The notes: generated from the sequence alone by a model not told the origin. Numbered from the stretch's first letter, positions 17,614 to 28,086 are shown. The stretch is 40,090 nt of DNA from Gemmatimonadota bacterium (GCA_017889745.1 JAGGAG010000003.1:1-40090), one strand, 5' to 3'. Made by a program: numbers and translations.

Positions 17614-18825
17614 CTACTCGTAGCGCAGGGCCGTGATCGGGTCGAGCGACGCCGCCTTCCGCGCGGGCCAGATCCCGAAGAAGAGCCCGACTCCGGCGCT
17701 GAAGGCGAACGCCACGGCAATGGATGCGGGCGAGATCAGCGTGTTCCAGTGCATGAGCTTCGAGAGGGCGATGGCGGCACTGACGCCCAGGATGATGCCG
17801 ATGGTGCCGCCGCTGATGCACAGCACGAGCGCCTCGATGAGGAACTGGAGCAGGATGTTGAGCTTGGTGGCGCCGAGCGCCTTGCGCACGCCGATCTCCC
17901 GGGTGCGCTCGGTGACCGACACGAGCATGATGTTCATGATGCCGATGCCGCCCACGATGAGGCTCACGGCCGCGATCGAAGCCAGCAGGGCGGTGAACAC
18001 CTGCGTCGCGGCCTGCTGTGTCGCCAGGAACTCGCGCTGGTTCCGCACCATGAAGTCATTTTCCGCGCCGGGACGGATCTTGTGCTCCCGACGCAGCACC
18101 CGTTCCATGTCCACCATGCCCTGCTCCAGCGGCACGTTCTTGTCCACCTCGACGGTGATCGTCCGCAGCCGGTCGCTGCCGAAGACCCGGAAGCGCGCCG
18201 TCTGCAGCGGGATGAGGACCTGCTCGTCGGGGTTCTGGAAACCCTGCGAGCCCTTTTCGCTGAGCACGCCGATGATCTCGAACGGGATGCCGCGCACCAG
18301 CAGCGTCTGGCCGATCATCGCGGCGGGATTGGCCCCCAGCATCTCCGGGACCTGGGAGCCGAGCACGGCGTAGCGCTCCCGGCTCTCGTCGTCTCCCTGC
18401 GTGAACATCCGGCCGTACGGCACCGCGTAGTTGCGCACGGCGGCGTAATTGGCGGTCGAGCCCACCACGTTGACGTTGATGTTCTGGTTGCCGTACTTCA
18501 CCTGAAGCGACCGGGAGATCTCCGGCACCACGTTGGTGATCAGCTTCGCGTCGCGCTTGAGCGCTTCGGCGTCGTCCACCGTCAGGCTCACCCGCTGGTC
18601 GCTCGCCACGCCCCGCACGTTCATCTGCCCGGCGTACACGTTGAGCAGGTTCGCGCCGAGCGAATTGATGCGCTCCTCCACCGCCTTCTGCGCGCCGCTG
18701 CCCAGCGCCACCATGGTGATGACCGCGCCGACGCCGATCACGATGCCGAGCATCGTGAGCGCCGCCCGGAGCTTGTTGGCCCGGATGGACTGGAACGCGA
18801 CCGCAACCGTTTCGCCGAGCTGCAT
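17614..18825 (-). CDS. MacB-like ABC transporter permease
   Basis: LRAALTMLGIVIGV, GGIGIMNIMLVSVTERTREIGVRKALGA, PARKAASLDPITALRYE. Confidence 0.95.
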   Translation of the reverse strand: MQLGETVAVAFQSIRANKLRAALTMLGIVIGVGAVITMVALGSGAQKAVEERINSLGANLLNVYAGQMNVRGVASDQRVSLTVDDAEALKRDAKLITNVVPEISRSLQVKYGNQNINVNVVGSTANYAAVRNYAVPYGRMFTQGDDESRERYAVLGSQVPEMLGANPAAMIGQTLLVRGIPFEIIGVLSEKGSQGFQNPDEQVLIPLQTARFRVFGSDRLRTITVEVDKNVPLEQGMVDMERVLRREHKIRPGAENDFMVRNQREFLATQQAATQVFTALLASIAAVSLIVGGIGIMNIMLVSVTERTREIGVRKALGATKLNILLQFLIEALVLCISGGTIGIILGVSAAIALSKLMHWNTLISPASIAVAFAFSAGVGLFFGIWPARKAASLDPITALRYE

Positions 18826-18827
18826 GG

Positions 18828-20369
18828 CTACCGTCCTGCCGGCGCCGACGGCCGCGCGGTGGTGCCACTCGCCGACGGCGTGGTGGATTGCCGCATGCCC
18901 GGCATGCCGCCGCCCGTCATGGTCTGGATCCGGTTCTTGAACTCCTGCTGCGAGTTGATGAGGCTCGCGCTCGGCAGCACGAGCACCGAGTCACCGGCCG
19001 TGAGCCCCGAGATCACTTCGCTGTAGTCGAGATCGGTGAGCCCCGTGCGCACGTTCGCCGCCTTAGGGCCTTCCGACGTGGCCAGGAACACCACGTAGTT
19101 GCCGCCGAACTGGTAGTCGCTGCCCTGCGGCCGGGGGCGCCCACCGCCGGCCCCGCCGCCGTTGAGCGCCCGCATCTTCTGGAGCAGCGCGCGCTCCTCC
19201 GGCGTGGGCTGCTCGCCGTTCCTGAACTTGGCGAAGATGGCGCGCATCTGCGCCTCGGTGACGCCCTCCGGGAGCTTCACCACCCGGCCATCGGGCGTGG
19301 TCATCGTATTGCCCGCCGTCTTGCCGGCTGCCGCCGCGGGCGGCGCACCGCTCCCGGCACCCATCGAGACCTGGCGTGACGCCGCCGTGTCGCCCTGCGG
19401 CGGCGCCGGCTGGGCCCCGGCCAGCTGCGCGTTCACCTGCTCCATGGTGAGGCCCAGCACGCCGGCCGCCGATGCGACGTCCTTCTGGGTGCGCAGGGCG
19501 GAGTTCGGCACCGCGAGCACGCTGTCGCGCCGGCCCACATGGATCTCCACCTCGGAGTTCATGCCGGGGCGCAGCAGCCCCTCGCGGTTGTCGATGCGCA
19601 CGAGGACCGGGAACATGGTCACGTTCTGCTGCACCTCGGCCAGCGGCTCGATCTTGAGCACTTCGCCCTGGAACGGCCGGTTCGGATAGGCATCCACCGT
19701 CACCGTCGTAGCCTGCCCCGCCTTGACCTTGCCGATGTCCGTCTCGTCCACCAGCGTGCGCACCTGCACGAGGTTGAGGTCGGCCATCTTCATCAATACG
19801 GTGCCGCCGCCGGCGTTGAACGTGGCCGAGGCCACCACCTGCCCGCGCTCAACGCCCTTCTGGATGATGACGCCGGTGATCGGCGCCCGCACGTCGGTGT
19901 CCTCCAGCGCGATCTGGTTGTTCTCCACGTCAATCCGCGCCCGCACCACGGCGGCGCTGGCACTGGCGTAGTTGAGCTGGGCCGTCTCGTACTCCTGCTG
20001 CGTGATCGTCTGCGCATCGCGCAGCGTCTTCGACCGGTCCAGCTGGGTCCGGGCGTTGTCCAGCTGAGCCTGCGCCAGCGTGAGCTGGGCCTTGGACTGG
20101 TCGACCGCATTCTTCGCCTGGCGAGGATCGATGCGAATGATGAGCGTACCCCGCTTCACCAGCTGGCCCGTCTCGGCCAGGATCTGCAGCACCTCACCCG
20201 AGGCGCGGGTCTTCACCTCGACCGTCGTGTCCGGCTGGATCGCGCCCGAGGCCTGCGCCGAGACGACGATGTCGCGCTTCTCCACCGCCAGCGCCTGGTA
20301 AACCGGCTTCGGCACCGGCTTGGAACAGGCGGCTGCCAGGAGCACGACGGACAGGAAACGGATACGCAT
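18828..20369 (-). CDS. MacA-like periplasmic adaptor (membrane fusion) lipoprotein
   Basis: Lipobox LAAAC, ASGAIQP...VKTRASG, coiled-coil hairpin, RAPITG, VDETDIG, LRPGMN. Confidence 0.92.
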   Translation of the reverse strand: MRIRFLSVVLLAAACSKPVPKPVYQALAVEKRDIVVSAQASGAIQPDTTVEVKTRASGEVLQILAETGQLVKRGTLIIRIDPRQAKNAVDQSKAQLTLAQAQLDNARTQLDRSKTLRDAQTITQQEYETAQLNYASASAAVVRARIDVENNQIALEDTDVRAPITGVIIQKGVERGQVVASATFNAGGGTVLMKMADLNLVQVRTLVDETDIGKVKAGQATTVTVDAYPNRPFQGEVLKIEPLAEVQQNVTMFPVLVRIDNREGLLRPGMNSEVEIHVGRRDSVLAVPNSALRTQKDVASAAGVLGLTMEQVNAQLAGAQPAPPQGDTAASRQVSMGAGSGAPPAAAAGKTAGNTMTTPDGRVVKLPEGVTEAQMRAIFAKFRNGEQPTPEERALLQKMRALNGGGAGGGRPRPQGSDYQFGGNYVVFLATSEGPKAANVRTGLTDLDYSEVISGLTAGDSVLVLPSASLINSQQEFKNRIQTMTGGGMPGMRQSTTPSASGTTARPSAPAGR

Positions 20370-21124
20370 CAGGTGGTCCTCTCGGTCAGAAAGTCACGCT
20401 CGACGCGCCCATCCTTCAGGTGGACCTGGCGCTTCGCGTGCACGGCGATGTCACGTTCGTGTGTCACCAGGACGACGGTCTGGCCCCCTGCGTGGAGCTC
20501 GTGGAACAGGGCCATGATCTCCTCGCTCGTCGTCGAGTCGAGGTTGCCGGTCGGCTCGTCGGCCAGCAGGATGCTCGGCTGGTTCACGAGAGCTCGCGCG
20601 ATGGCAACGCGCTGGCGCTGGCCGCCGGACAGCTCGTTCGGGCGGTGGTGCATGCGGTCGCCGAGCTGCACGCGGCGCAGCGCCTCGGACGCGAGTTCCT
20701 TGCGCTGCTTCGAGGGCTTGCCGGCATACACGAGCGGCAGCTCCACGTTGTGCAGCGCAGTAGCGCGCGGCAGCAGGTTGAACGTCTGGAACACGAAGCC
20801 GATCTCGCGGTTCCGGATGCGCGCCAGCTCGTCGTCGCCCAGCTCCGAGACCCGGAACCCGTTGAGCCAGTACTCGCCCGCCGACGGCGTGTCGAGGCAG
20901 CCGATCATGTTCATCAGCGTCGACTTGCCCGAGCCCGAGGGACCCATGATGGCCACATACTCGTTGCGGCGGATGTCGAGGTTCACCCCCCGGAGCGCGC
21001 GCACCGTCTCGGTGCCCATTTCGTACTCGCGCTCGAGGTTCCGAATGACGATCACGGCATCGGCCGGGGTATCCGCCGGCAACTGCGCCATCCGCTCGGC
21101 GGTGTCGAGCAGGTGCTTGCTCAT
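20369..21124 (-). CDS. ABC transporter ATP-binding protein (MacB/LolD family)
   Basis: [37 protein letters not shown]. Confidence 0.96.
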   Translation of the reverse strand: MSKHLLDTAERMAQLPADTPADAVIVIRNLEREYEMGTETVRALRGVNLDIRRNEYVAIMGPSGSGKSTLMNMIGCLDTPSAGEYWLNGFRVSELGDDELARIRNREIGFVFQTFNLLPRATALHNVELPLVYAGKPSKQRKELASEALRRVQLGDRMHHRPNELSGGQRQRVAIARALVNQPSILLADEPTGNLDSTTSEEIMALFHELHAGGQTVVLVTHERDIAVHAKRQVHLKDGRVERDFLTERTT

Positions 21125-22449
21125 AGCGGCCTCCCCACGATGGCTTCGATCTGGGCCAGCGCCTGCAGGTACCCGAACCGGGCGTTCACGACCTCCAGCT
21201 CGGCCTGGGTGAGACTCTCCTGCGACACGAGGAGGTCGACGATCGTCGCGACGCCCAGGCGATACCGCTCGGCCACCACCCGCAGGTCCTCCCGCGAAGC
21301 CTGCAGGCTCTGCTGCGAGATCTCGATCTGCAGCCGCGCCGCCTCCAGCTGTGCAAACTGGCCCAACATCAGCGACTGGACCTGGTGCTCGGCGTCGGCG
21401 GCGTTCGCCTCGGCCACCTGCAGGTTGCTGAGCTGCAGGTCGACGTTCCGCTCCCGCGTGAACCGGTTGAAGATCGCCCAGTTGAGGCTCAGGCTGGCCT
21501 GCCGCTGGTTCTGGAGGCCGAAGTTATTGGCGTTGTTCCCGTTGTAGGTCCAGCTGCCGCCCAGGGCCAGCTGCGGCCAGTAGGTGGACTTGGACGCCTT
21601 GTACTGCGCCCGGGCCTGTTCCAGGCTTGCGGCGCTGCTCTGCACCGAGGGCGACCGGCGCATTGCCTCGTCGAGGAGTACCGTCGTGTCGATGACGGCC
21701 ACCGGGTGATAGAAGGCCGAATCGTCCGCCGCGCGCACCCGTCCGTTGTACCCGATGAGGCGCGCGAGTGCCGCCTCGGCCGCGATCAGGTCTGCCTGCG
21801 CCTGTGACAGCGCCACGCGGGTATTGCCCACCGTGACCACGGACCGGAGTGAATCCGAGCGCGTCGCGGTGCCGGCATGCAAGCGTACCACCGCCGCCCT
21901 GAGCTGCTCGTCGGCGCGTTTGACGCTCTGCTCCCGCACCGACACGATCTCGCGCCCCGCCAGGGCCGTGAAGAACTGGATCGTCGTGTTGAAGCGTTGC
22001 TGGTAGCTGGCGTTCGCGAAGCTGGCCTCCGCCGCCGTGACGCCGGCCTTCGCGGCCTTGCTGTCGTTGCCGCGGCGGAACCCGGTGAACACATCCCAGC
22101 TCGTGCTGAGACCGAGGTTCACGGTCTGGGTCTCCGTGTTCGCCCCGATGAACTGGCCGGTGTTGGGGTCGACGCGCCCCGTACCCTCGGCATAGAAATA
22201 GCCGGCGCTCGAGTTCGCGTTCAGGTTCGGGAGCCAGTTGCCGACCGTCACCTTCTTCTGCGCTTCGGCATTCCGGATCGCCGCCTGGGCCTGCACCACC
22301 GAGGGCTGCACCCGGTTGGCGAGCGCGATCGCCTCCTCCAGGGTCACCTCGGGGACGGTGCCGGGCGTCACCAGCGTCGCATTGGGCTGCTGCGCATGCA
22401 GCAGCCCGGGCACCAGCGCCAGCAGCAGCCCGAGCCTGTTATGGGCCAT
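21121..22449 (-). CDS. TolC family outer-membrane efflux protein
   Basis: Signal peptide, TLEEAIALA, repeated YWPQL/WLPNL strand motifs, [14 protein letters not shown]. Confidence 0.92.
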   Translation of the reverse strand: MAHNRLGLLLALVPGLLHAQQPNATLVTPGTVPEVTLEEAIALANRVQPSVVQAQAAIRNAEAQKKVTVGNWLPNLNANSSAGYFYAEGTGRVDPNTGQFIGANTETQTVNLGLSTSWDVFTGFRRGNDSKAAKAGVTAAEASFANASYQQRFNTTIQFFTALAGREIVSVREQSVKRADEQLRAAVVRLHAGTATRSDSLRSVVTVGNTRVALSQAQADLIAAEAALARLIGYNGRVRAADDSAFYHPVAVIDTTVLLDEAMRRSPSVQSSAASLEQARAQYKASKSTYWPQLALGGSWTYNGNNANNFGLQNQRQASLSLNWAIFNRFTRERNVDLQLSNLQVAEANAADAEHQVQSLMLGQFAQLEAARLQIEISQQSLQASREDLRVVAERYRLGVATIVDLLVSQESLTQAELEVVNARFGYLQALAQIEAIVGRPL

Positions 22450-22825
22450 TCGCACGTCCTGCCTTCCGTTCCCGCTCGTGCTTCTGCCGCATCTCGTCGT
22501 ATTCCTTCTGCTGCCGTGGGTCGAGGAAGCGCGCGATCTCCGAGCGCATCGCGGTCCGCACCGTGTCGAGCCGGGGCCGGATCTCGCTCATGAGCGAGTC
22601 CATCGCCGGGGTGTAGCGGTCGAGGACCGCCTTTACACTGTCCTGCTGCACGGGCGTCAGGGCGAGGTTGCGCGTGAGGTGATCGAGGTACCACGCCGAG
22701 CGCCCTTTTCCGGGCGGCGACGCGGGGGGGTGCGTGGCGTACGCCATCAGCGCCGCCCCCGCCGCGGCGCCGAGCACGAACGTGGCGAGCAGCAGGGCGG
22801 CCGCGCGCCGGGTCGATGAGATCAT
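22439..22825 (-). CDS. Periplasmic Spy/CpxP-like helical protein
   Basis: Membrane anchor (LLLATFVLGAAAG), LALTPVQQ and LDPRQQ (LTxxQ-like) motifs; ATGA overlap with the upstream gene. Confidence 0.7.
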   Translation of the reverse strand: MISSTRRAAALLLATFVLGAAAGAALMAYATHPPASPPGKGRSAWYLDHLTRNLALTPVQQDSVKAVLDRYTPAMDSLMSEIRPRLDTVRTAMRSEIARFLDPRQQKEYDEMRQKHERERKAGRANGP

Positions 22826-23157
22826 CGGGCCTCCAGCAGGCCGGCAAGCAGGATCTCCTGCGCCGGAACCGAATCGGACACGAGCAACTCGGCCACCGTG
22901 GCGGTGCCTGCGGCACCAGCCTTCGCTTCCTGGTACCACAAGGCCGCGACACCCAGCAGCACGATCGCGGCGGCCGCCGCGATATTCGGGCGCAACCAGC
23001 CGGCGAGCACGTCGAACGTGCGCTCCTGGCGAGTGAGCGCCACCGACGCGCGCACGCGCGCCAGGAAGCCTGCCTGGTCGGCGCCGGTCAGCGTCTCCCG
23101 CAGCAGGGCACCCAGCGCGGGGTCGCGCTCAGGGTCGAATGGGTTGATTCCGCTCAT
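22822..23157 (-). CDS. Putative anti-sigma membrane protein
   Basis: Directly follows the ECF sigma gene with an ATGA overlap; one TM segment (IAAAAAIVLLGVAALWY). Confidence 0.7.
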   Translation of the reverse strand: MSGINPFDPERDPALGALLRETLTGADQAGFLARVRASVALTRQERTFDVLAGWLRPNIAAAAAIVLLGVAALWYQEAKAGAAGTATVAELLVSDSVPAQEILLAGLLEAR

Positions 23158-23711
23158 CGCATCTCCTCCCGCACCGTCCCCAGTTGGTCCCTGAGGGCAC
23201 GTCGTGCATGAAACAACTCGGAGCGCACCGTACCCTCCGGGGCTCCCATCAGGTCCGCTATCTCGGCGTGCGAGAACCCTTCCGCGTCGAACAGCGTAAC
23301 CACCAGCCTCTGTCGCTCCGGCAAGGTCGCGAGCGCCCTGCGCAGGCGGTCGCGGAGCAGGGCCCGCTCGGTGTCCTGCTCCGGACTTGCCCCGGTGGCC
23401 GGTGCGTCGGGACTCACCATCTCGGTTTGCCGCACCGAGCGCCGGCGGGCCAGGTCGCGGGCCGCATTGACCACGATGCGCATGAGCCAGGGGCGGAACG
23501 GCCGCGCGGGGTCGAAGCGCTCCAGCGATCGCCAGGCCGCGACGAGCCCGTCCTGGGCCGCATCGTCGGCATCGTGCTCGTCGTGGAGAATCGAGAGGGC
23601 CACCCGCCGGGCGGTGTCTCCGTGGTGTTCGACCAGGAGGCCATACGCTGCCTGGTCGCCTGCCGCGGCCGCCTGGGCCAGTTCGCCGTCGTCTGCGTCC
23701 CTATTACGCAC
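23154..23711 (-). CDS. ECF RNA polymerase sigma factor
   Basis: GTG at 23711 after AGGAGG; DADDAAQDGL...FRPWLMRIVVN, LPERQRLVVTL, SHAEIA..MGAPEGTVRSELFHAR. Confidence 0.92.
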   Translation of the reverse strand: MRNRDADDGELAQAAAAGDQAAYGLLVEHHGDTARRVALSILHDEHDADDAAQDGLVAAWRSLERFDPARPFRPWLMRIVVNAARDLARRRSVRQTEMVSPDAPATGASPEQDTERALLRDRLRRALATLPERQRLVVTLFDAEGFSHAEIADLMGAPEGTVRSELFHARRALRDQLGTVREEMR

Positions 23712-23782
23712 CAGCCTCCTCAAACGTTGAGCGGGGCCCCGGCTCAGTACCGGAGGCCCCGCCGTTCCCGGTGTTGCGCACC

Positions 23783-24364
23783 TCAGGGGGTGCCGAGGCC
23801 CAGCAACCGTTCGTGTGGCCTCAGGGCGGCGATGAGGATGGTGACGAGTTCCTCGAGCGGCACCCCCAGCTCGTCGGCGCCCAGCATGACGTCCTCCCGG
23901 CTCACGCCACGGGCAAACGCCTTGTCCTTGAGCTTCTTCCGGACGCTCGACACCTCGAGGTCGGCCAGGCTCTTCGAAGGCCGCACCAGGGCGCAGGCCA
24001 CCAGGAACCCGGCAAGTTCGTCCACCGCAAAGAGCCCGCGCGCCATCAGGCTGTCCCGCGGCACGCCGGTGTAGCTGGCGTGGCCCAGGATGGCGCGCTG
24101 CATCGGCTCGGGGAGGCCGCGCTCCGCCAGGATGCGGACTCCCTCGGCAGGGTGCTCCTCGGTGGCGGAGTGCTGCGCGTTGGGGAAACGCTCGTAGTCG
24201 AAGTCGTGCAGCAGCCCGATGAGGCCCCAGTCGTCGGGATTCTCGCCATACCGCCCGGCGAGGGCCCGCATCGACAGTTCCACCGCGTACATGTGCCGGC
24301 GGAGCGGCTCGGACTGGGTGTACTCGTGAACGAGGGCGAGAGCCTGGTCGCGGGTGATCGTCAT
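23783..24364 (-). CDS. HD-domain (HDIG-type) metal-dependent phosphohydrolase
   Basis: LRRHM...GLLHDFDYE...HPAEG...ILGH...AVDELAG...KDKAFARGVSRE. Confidence 0.9.
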   Translation of the reverse strand: MTITRDQALALVHEYTQSEPLRRHMYAVELSMRALAGRYGENPDDWGLIGLLHDFDYERFPNAQHSATEEHPAEGVRILAERGLPEPMQRAILGHASYTGVPRDSLMARGLFAVDELAGFLVACALVRPSKSLADLEVSSVRKKLKDKAFARGVSREDVMLGADELGVPLEELVTILIAALRPHERLLGLGTP

Positions 24365-24471
24365 GGGTGGGGAAGTTACTGCGCCGGCGAGGGGGGGTAA
24401 GGCGCAAGGGGTGAAGGGCATCGCGCCCCTCACCCCCCGCCTCAGTCCTCGAGGGTCCCGGCTTGCGCCAT

Positions 24472-25704
24472 TTATGGCACCGCGGGGATCTCGGTGGCGA
24501 AGAACCGGTTCACCACTGCGATCATCGAGTCTGCTACCACCCGGTGGGTTGCGGAGCTCGGGTGGAACCCGTCGAGGGAGAACCAATTGCCGAAGTTGAT
24601 CGAGCCGCCGGTCGGCACCGCGGCGAGGCTGGGGAACGCCGGAATGCCGCCGTCCTGCACCTGCAGCTGGGCCAAGATCTGGCTAACGTCCACCACTGCC
24701 CAGCCGTGCAGAGCTGCCTGGTCACGAATCAACTGGTTCATCTGGTCGGTGGTGTTCCGCACGTAGGCATACTCGGCGGGAGTGACCACCTGCAGGGTGT
24801 TGCTGCAATCCAGCGCGAACGGCGTGAAGGGTGGTGACGAAGCTCGCAGCAAGCCCGCCACGCCGATGGTCCAGGGCACGAGCACCGAGTCGCCCTTCGA
24901 CCCCGGGATGGCGGCGTTGGGCGCGCAGTTGTTGTCTACCGTGACGGTGGGCGGGAACTGGGCTGGAAACCCGCAAGCACCGGTCTTGAGGCACCAGTAG
25001 GTGCTGCCCCGCGACGTGTACGGGATCAGTGTCACGTCGGGAATGGTGAAGGCCACCACCTGCGTGTTCAGCGTAGCCACGCTGTCGGCGAACTTGGTGT
25101 AGTTGTCCGCGAACACCGGGTACGGCGTGACCGAATCGGGGTCGCCGGGGTCGGGGGCGGACGTCACGGCACCGAGCACGTCGTTCGACCCGATCTCGAT
25201 GCTGAGGAGCGTCGGCTGCGCCGCTTTCACGGCGTTCCAGGGCGTCTGGCCACCGAGGAAGAAGATCTGCAACCGCTCGTAGGTGCTGGTCGGAGACCCG
25301 ATATTGGTGAAGAGGTCGGGCGTCGAGAGGCCCGGCGCCGCGAGGTTGCCGAGGTGGTACGGGATCGGCGTCTGGCGGAGGGTGCACCCGGAGGCGGTGG
25401 CACCGCCGACCCTGGCCTGTGTCACGTTGTTCGTAAACGGCGCCGGGCACCCCGGCAGGTTCAGGCTCGGGCGGGAGAAGCTCGCGCCCGCCTGCTCGGC
25501 CACGAGCACCGGGAACGCGCGCCGCTGAGTGCTGTCGTTGATGCCGGCCGACTGCAGACCGGCAGAGATGCTGGTGCCAATCGCGACGAACCGGGTGAAC
25601 AACCTGTTGTTGTTCGAGAGGTCGGGCGGGTCGAGGGTCTCATTGGTGTAGCAGCCTGCCACGACGGGCAGGGCGAGTGCAATGAGCCGGAAGCGACGGA
25701 ACAT
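24472..25704 (-). CDS. SGNH/GDSL hydrolase-family lipoprotein
   Basis: Lipobox VAGC; block I AIGTSISAG, block II NLAAPG, block III IGSNDVL, block V SLDGFHPS. Confidence 0.85.
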   Translation of the reverse strand: MFRRFRLIALALPVVAGCYTNETLDPPDLSNNNRLFTRFVAIGTSISAGLQSAGINDSTQRRAFPVLVAEQAGASFSRPSLNLPGCPAPFTNNVTQARVGGATASGCTLRQTPIPYHLGNLAAPGLSTPDLFTNIGSPTSTYERLQIFFLGGQTPWNAVKAAQPTLLSIEIGSNDVLGAVTSAPDPGDPDSVTPYPVFADNYTKFADSVATLNTQVVAFTIPDVTLIPYTSRGSTYWCLKTGACGFPAQFPPTVTVDNNCAPNAAIPGSKGDSVLVPWTIGVAGLLRASSPPFTPFALDCSNTLQVVTPAEYAYVRNTTDQMNQLIRDQAALHGWAVVDVSQILAQLQVQDGGIPAFPSLAAVPTGGSINFGNWFSLDGFHPSSATHRVVADSMIAVVNRFFATEIPAVP

Positions 25705-25721
25705 GAGCTCGGTTCTCCCGG

Positions 25722-27095
25722 TCAGAAGGTGGCGGTCAGCGTGACGCTGACCAGGTTGGCACCGGCATTGAAATACAGGCCATTGGTGATGGGGCCGCCG
25801 GGTTCGAGGGCGACCGTGCGTCCCCGGCGGTTATAGGCATCGACGAGCATGTAGGCGGCATCGATGTAGAACGTCTTCGAGATCCGGGTGCCAAAGCCGA
25901 CCGAGTAGTCGTTCCGGCTGGCCTCGGGGAGGTTTGGTATGACCGACTGATCGGGCGCAGCCGCCTCGTGGAAGATGAACCCGCCCCGGAACACCGTTCC
26001 GTGTTCCTTGTTGAGCAGGAGTTCGGCGCCGAAGCGCCAGGTCCAGACGCTGTTGTCGTTGAGCACCAGCGACTGATTTGGCAGGATCTCGAAGTCGAGC
26101 GGGATCTCGTCGAGCACCTCCCACCAGGTGTACTGCGCATCGAACATCACGGTCAGGGCCTTCACGGGGGTCACCGCGACGCCCATGACCAGCTGGTTGG
26201 GCAACCGGATCGAGGTGGACACGCCCTGGGTGACCAGCGATCCGCCGGTCTCGAACTGCGGGGCCAGCAGCGCGTCGACCGGGGTACCGGCCGGAAACCC
26301 GAGCGGGTTGCCGGCCGTGAGCACCAGGCCCGTCGGGTCCTGGGTGAACTGTGCCTCACCGCCATCCGCAGTGACCTTCTGCCGACCGAGGTAACGCACA
26401 CCCAGCGACACCTGCTTCGTGAGGTCGAAGGTGGCGCCGAGGTTGTAGCCCACGCCCCACGCGCTGCCGGTGATGTTTGCATCGGCGAAGTCGGTGCCGT
26501 AAGGAATGCCGAGCATCCCGAACGTGACTCCCGGCGCGGCAAACTGCTGCGAGAGGTCGAGCTTGCGCTCGAGGTCAACGCTCAGGTGGGTGATGTCGAG
26601 ACCGGCGCCGATCTTGAACTTGCCGAACTGCGCCGCTGCTGTGGGCTGCAGGTAGATCGCCTTCAGTGACGTCTTGTAGCCGAGGAATCGGCCCTCGAAC
26701 GTCTCTTTGTCCCACTCCGTCGTGAGGCCGTAGGGGACATAGACGCCGAACCCCAGTGCGTAGCGCTTGGCGACCGGGGCCACGAAGTACAGGTTGGGGA
26801 CCGGGTACGCCTTGCTCAGGAAGTCGGCCTGAATCTGGGTGTTGTCGTTGGACCAGGTCGTAAATGGCATGATGACCGTGCCACCGAGGGAGCCGCTTGT
26901 TGGCAGGCCCGCAATTCCCGCGGGGTTGAAGTACATGCCAGAGGCATCGGCACACGGCCTCGCCGCCGCCGTGCCGCCGCGCCCCATGGTGCAGGCCCCC
27001 TGCTCGTAGACACCGTACCCCTGGGCGTGAGACACCGCGGGTCGCGCCAGCAGCAGTGCAGCCGCCAGGGCGAAGCACACTTCGGAACGCCGCAT
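25722..27095 (-). CDS. fadL: FadL/OmpP1 outer-membrane long-chain fatty acid transporter
   Basis: Signal peptide then QGYGVYEQG..TMGRGG, YFNPAG hatch motif, VPYGL, PDQSV-P-LP, and a C-terminal aromatic beta strand (TATF). Confidence 0.88.
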   Translation of the reverse strand: MRRSEVCFALAAALLLARPAVSHAQGYGVYEQGACTMGRGGTAAARPCADASGMYFNPAGIAGLPTSGSLGGTVIMPFTTWSNDNTQIQADFLSKAYPVPNLYFVAPVAKRYALGFGVYVPYGLTTEWDKETFEGRFLGYKTSLKAIYLQPTAAAQFGKFKIGAGLDITHLSVDLERKLDLSQQFAAPGVTFGMLGIPYGTDFADANITGSAWGVGYNLGATFDLTKQVSLGVRYLGRQKVTADGGEAQFTQDPTGLVLTAGNPLGFPAGTPVDALLAPQFETGGSLVTQGVSTSIRLPNQLVMGVAVTPVKALTVMFDAQYTWWEVLDEIPLDFEILPNQSLVLNDNSVWTWRFGAELLLNKEHGTVFRGGFIFHEAAAPDQSVIPNLPEASRNDYSVGFGTRISKTFYIDAAYMLVDAYNRRGRTVALEPGGPITNGLYFNAGANLVSVTLTATF

Positions 27096-27193
27096 ACGCG
27101 AACTCCGAATAATGGGATCGACTATGAGGGAATCTTGCACAGGAGCCGGTCGCGCCGGGCTGTGAGCAACGGTAGCGCGCAGAACAGCCCGTG

Positions 27194-27598
27194 TCAAAGA
27201 GAAGCTGCCGGGGCCGCGCTTGCGGAAAGCGGAACGTCGGCCGCCGGCTCGCCATCTATGCTGAGGGCGAAGCGGTACTGGCCGGGGCGCGGCAGGGGCA
27301 CGTCGAAGGCGAGGACCGCGGCGGCCTCCACATCCGTCACGCCGGCCGGCGGTTCGCCGAACTGCACCGTGCCCTCGCCGCCGAGCAGTTCGTTGTCCTG
27401 GTCGTCGAGGAACCGGATCCGGAGCGCGTGCACGCCGATTTCATTGCGCTGCGCGCGCAACCGGATCACCAGGTGGGTGCGGGGGTGCAACGCCGGAAAC
27501 CCGCCCACCCACACATGCCGGAAGATCCCGAGCACCGACAGCTTGCCCTGCTGGTCGAACAGGGCATAGTCGGCCAGTACGGCAAAGTCGACGTGCAG
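27194..27598 (-). CDS. Hypothetical beta-sandwich protein (DUF6941-like), probable CTG start
   Basis: The frame is open upstream of the ORF-track GTG (27535), giving (L/M)HVDFAVLADYALFDQQGKLSVLGIF...PGQYRFALSIDG. Confidence 0.7.
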   Translation of the reverse strand: MHVDFAVLADYALFDQQGKLSVLGIFRHVWVGGFPALHPRTHLVIRLRAQRNEIGVHALRIRFLDDQDNELLGGEGTVQFGEPPAGVTDVEAAAVLAFDVPLPRPGQYRFALSIDGEPAADVPLSASAAPAASL

Positions 27599-27600
27599 GC

Positions 27601-28050
27601 TCAGCTCACGCGGATGGACGTCACTTCATCGCCCTGCCGGATCGCGTTCACCACGTCCATGCCCGACGAAACCTGCCCGAACACCGTGTGCTTGCGGTCG
27701 AGGTGGGGCTGCGGCGAATGGCAGATGAAGAACTGGCTCCCGCCGGTATCCTTGCCCGCGTGCGCCATCGAGAGCGTGCCGGCCACGTGCCGGTGGGTGT
27801 TCTTCTCGGTTTCGCACTTGATCTTGTAGCCCGGGCCGCCGGTCCCGGCGCGCGGGTCGCCCAGCTTCTTCGAGAGCGGGTCGCCGCCCTGGATCATGAA
27901 GTCGGAGATGACGCGGTGGAAGCGGGTGCCGTCATAGAAGTCGCTGTTGGCGAGCTTCTCGAAGTTGGCGACGGTGTTGGGCACCTCGTCGTCGAAGAGC
28001 TCCGCGACGATGGTGCCCTTGCTGGTGATGATGGTAGCGGTCTTGGCCAC
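27601..28050 (-). CDS. ppiB: Cyclophilin-type peptidyl-prolyl cis-trans isomerase
   Basis: [48 protein letters not shown]; SD GGAAGG before the GTG. Confidence 0.95.
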   Translation of the reverse strand: MAKTATIITSKGTIVAELFDDEVPNTVANFEKLANSDFYDGTRFHRVISDFMIQGGDPLSKKLGDPRAGTGGPGYKIKCETEKNTHRHVAGTLSMAHAGKDTGGSQFFICHSPQPHLDRKHTVFGQVSSGMDVVNAIRQGDEVTSIRVS

Positions 28051-28086
28051 GATGCCTTCCGGAAAGGAGTGGCCGGAAATCTACTG

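Noticed and set aside
23154-24407. 417-aa ORF suggesting an N-terminally extended sigma factor
   Set aside because: The extension overlaps the HD-domain gene in another frame; an SD plus GTG at 23711 gives a normal-size ECF.
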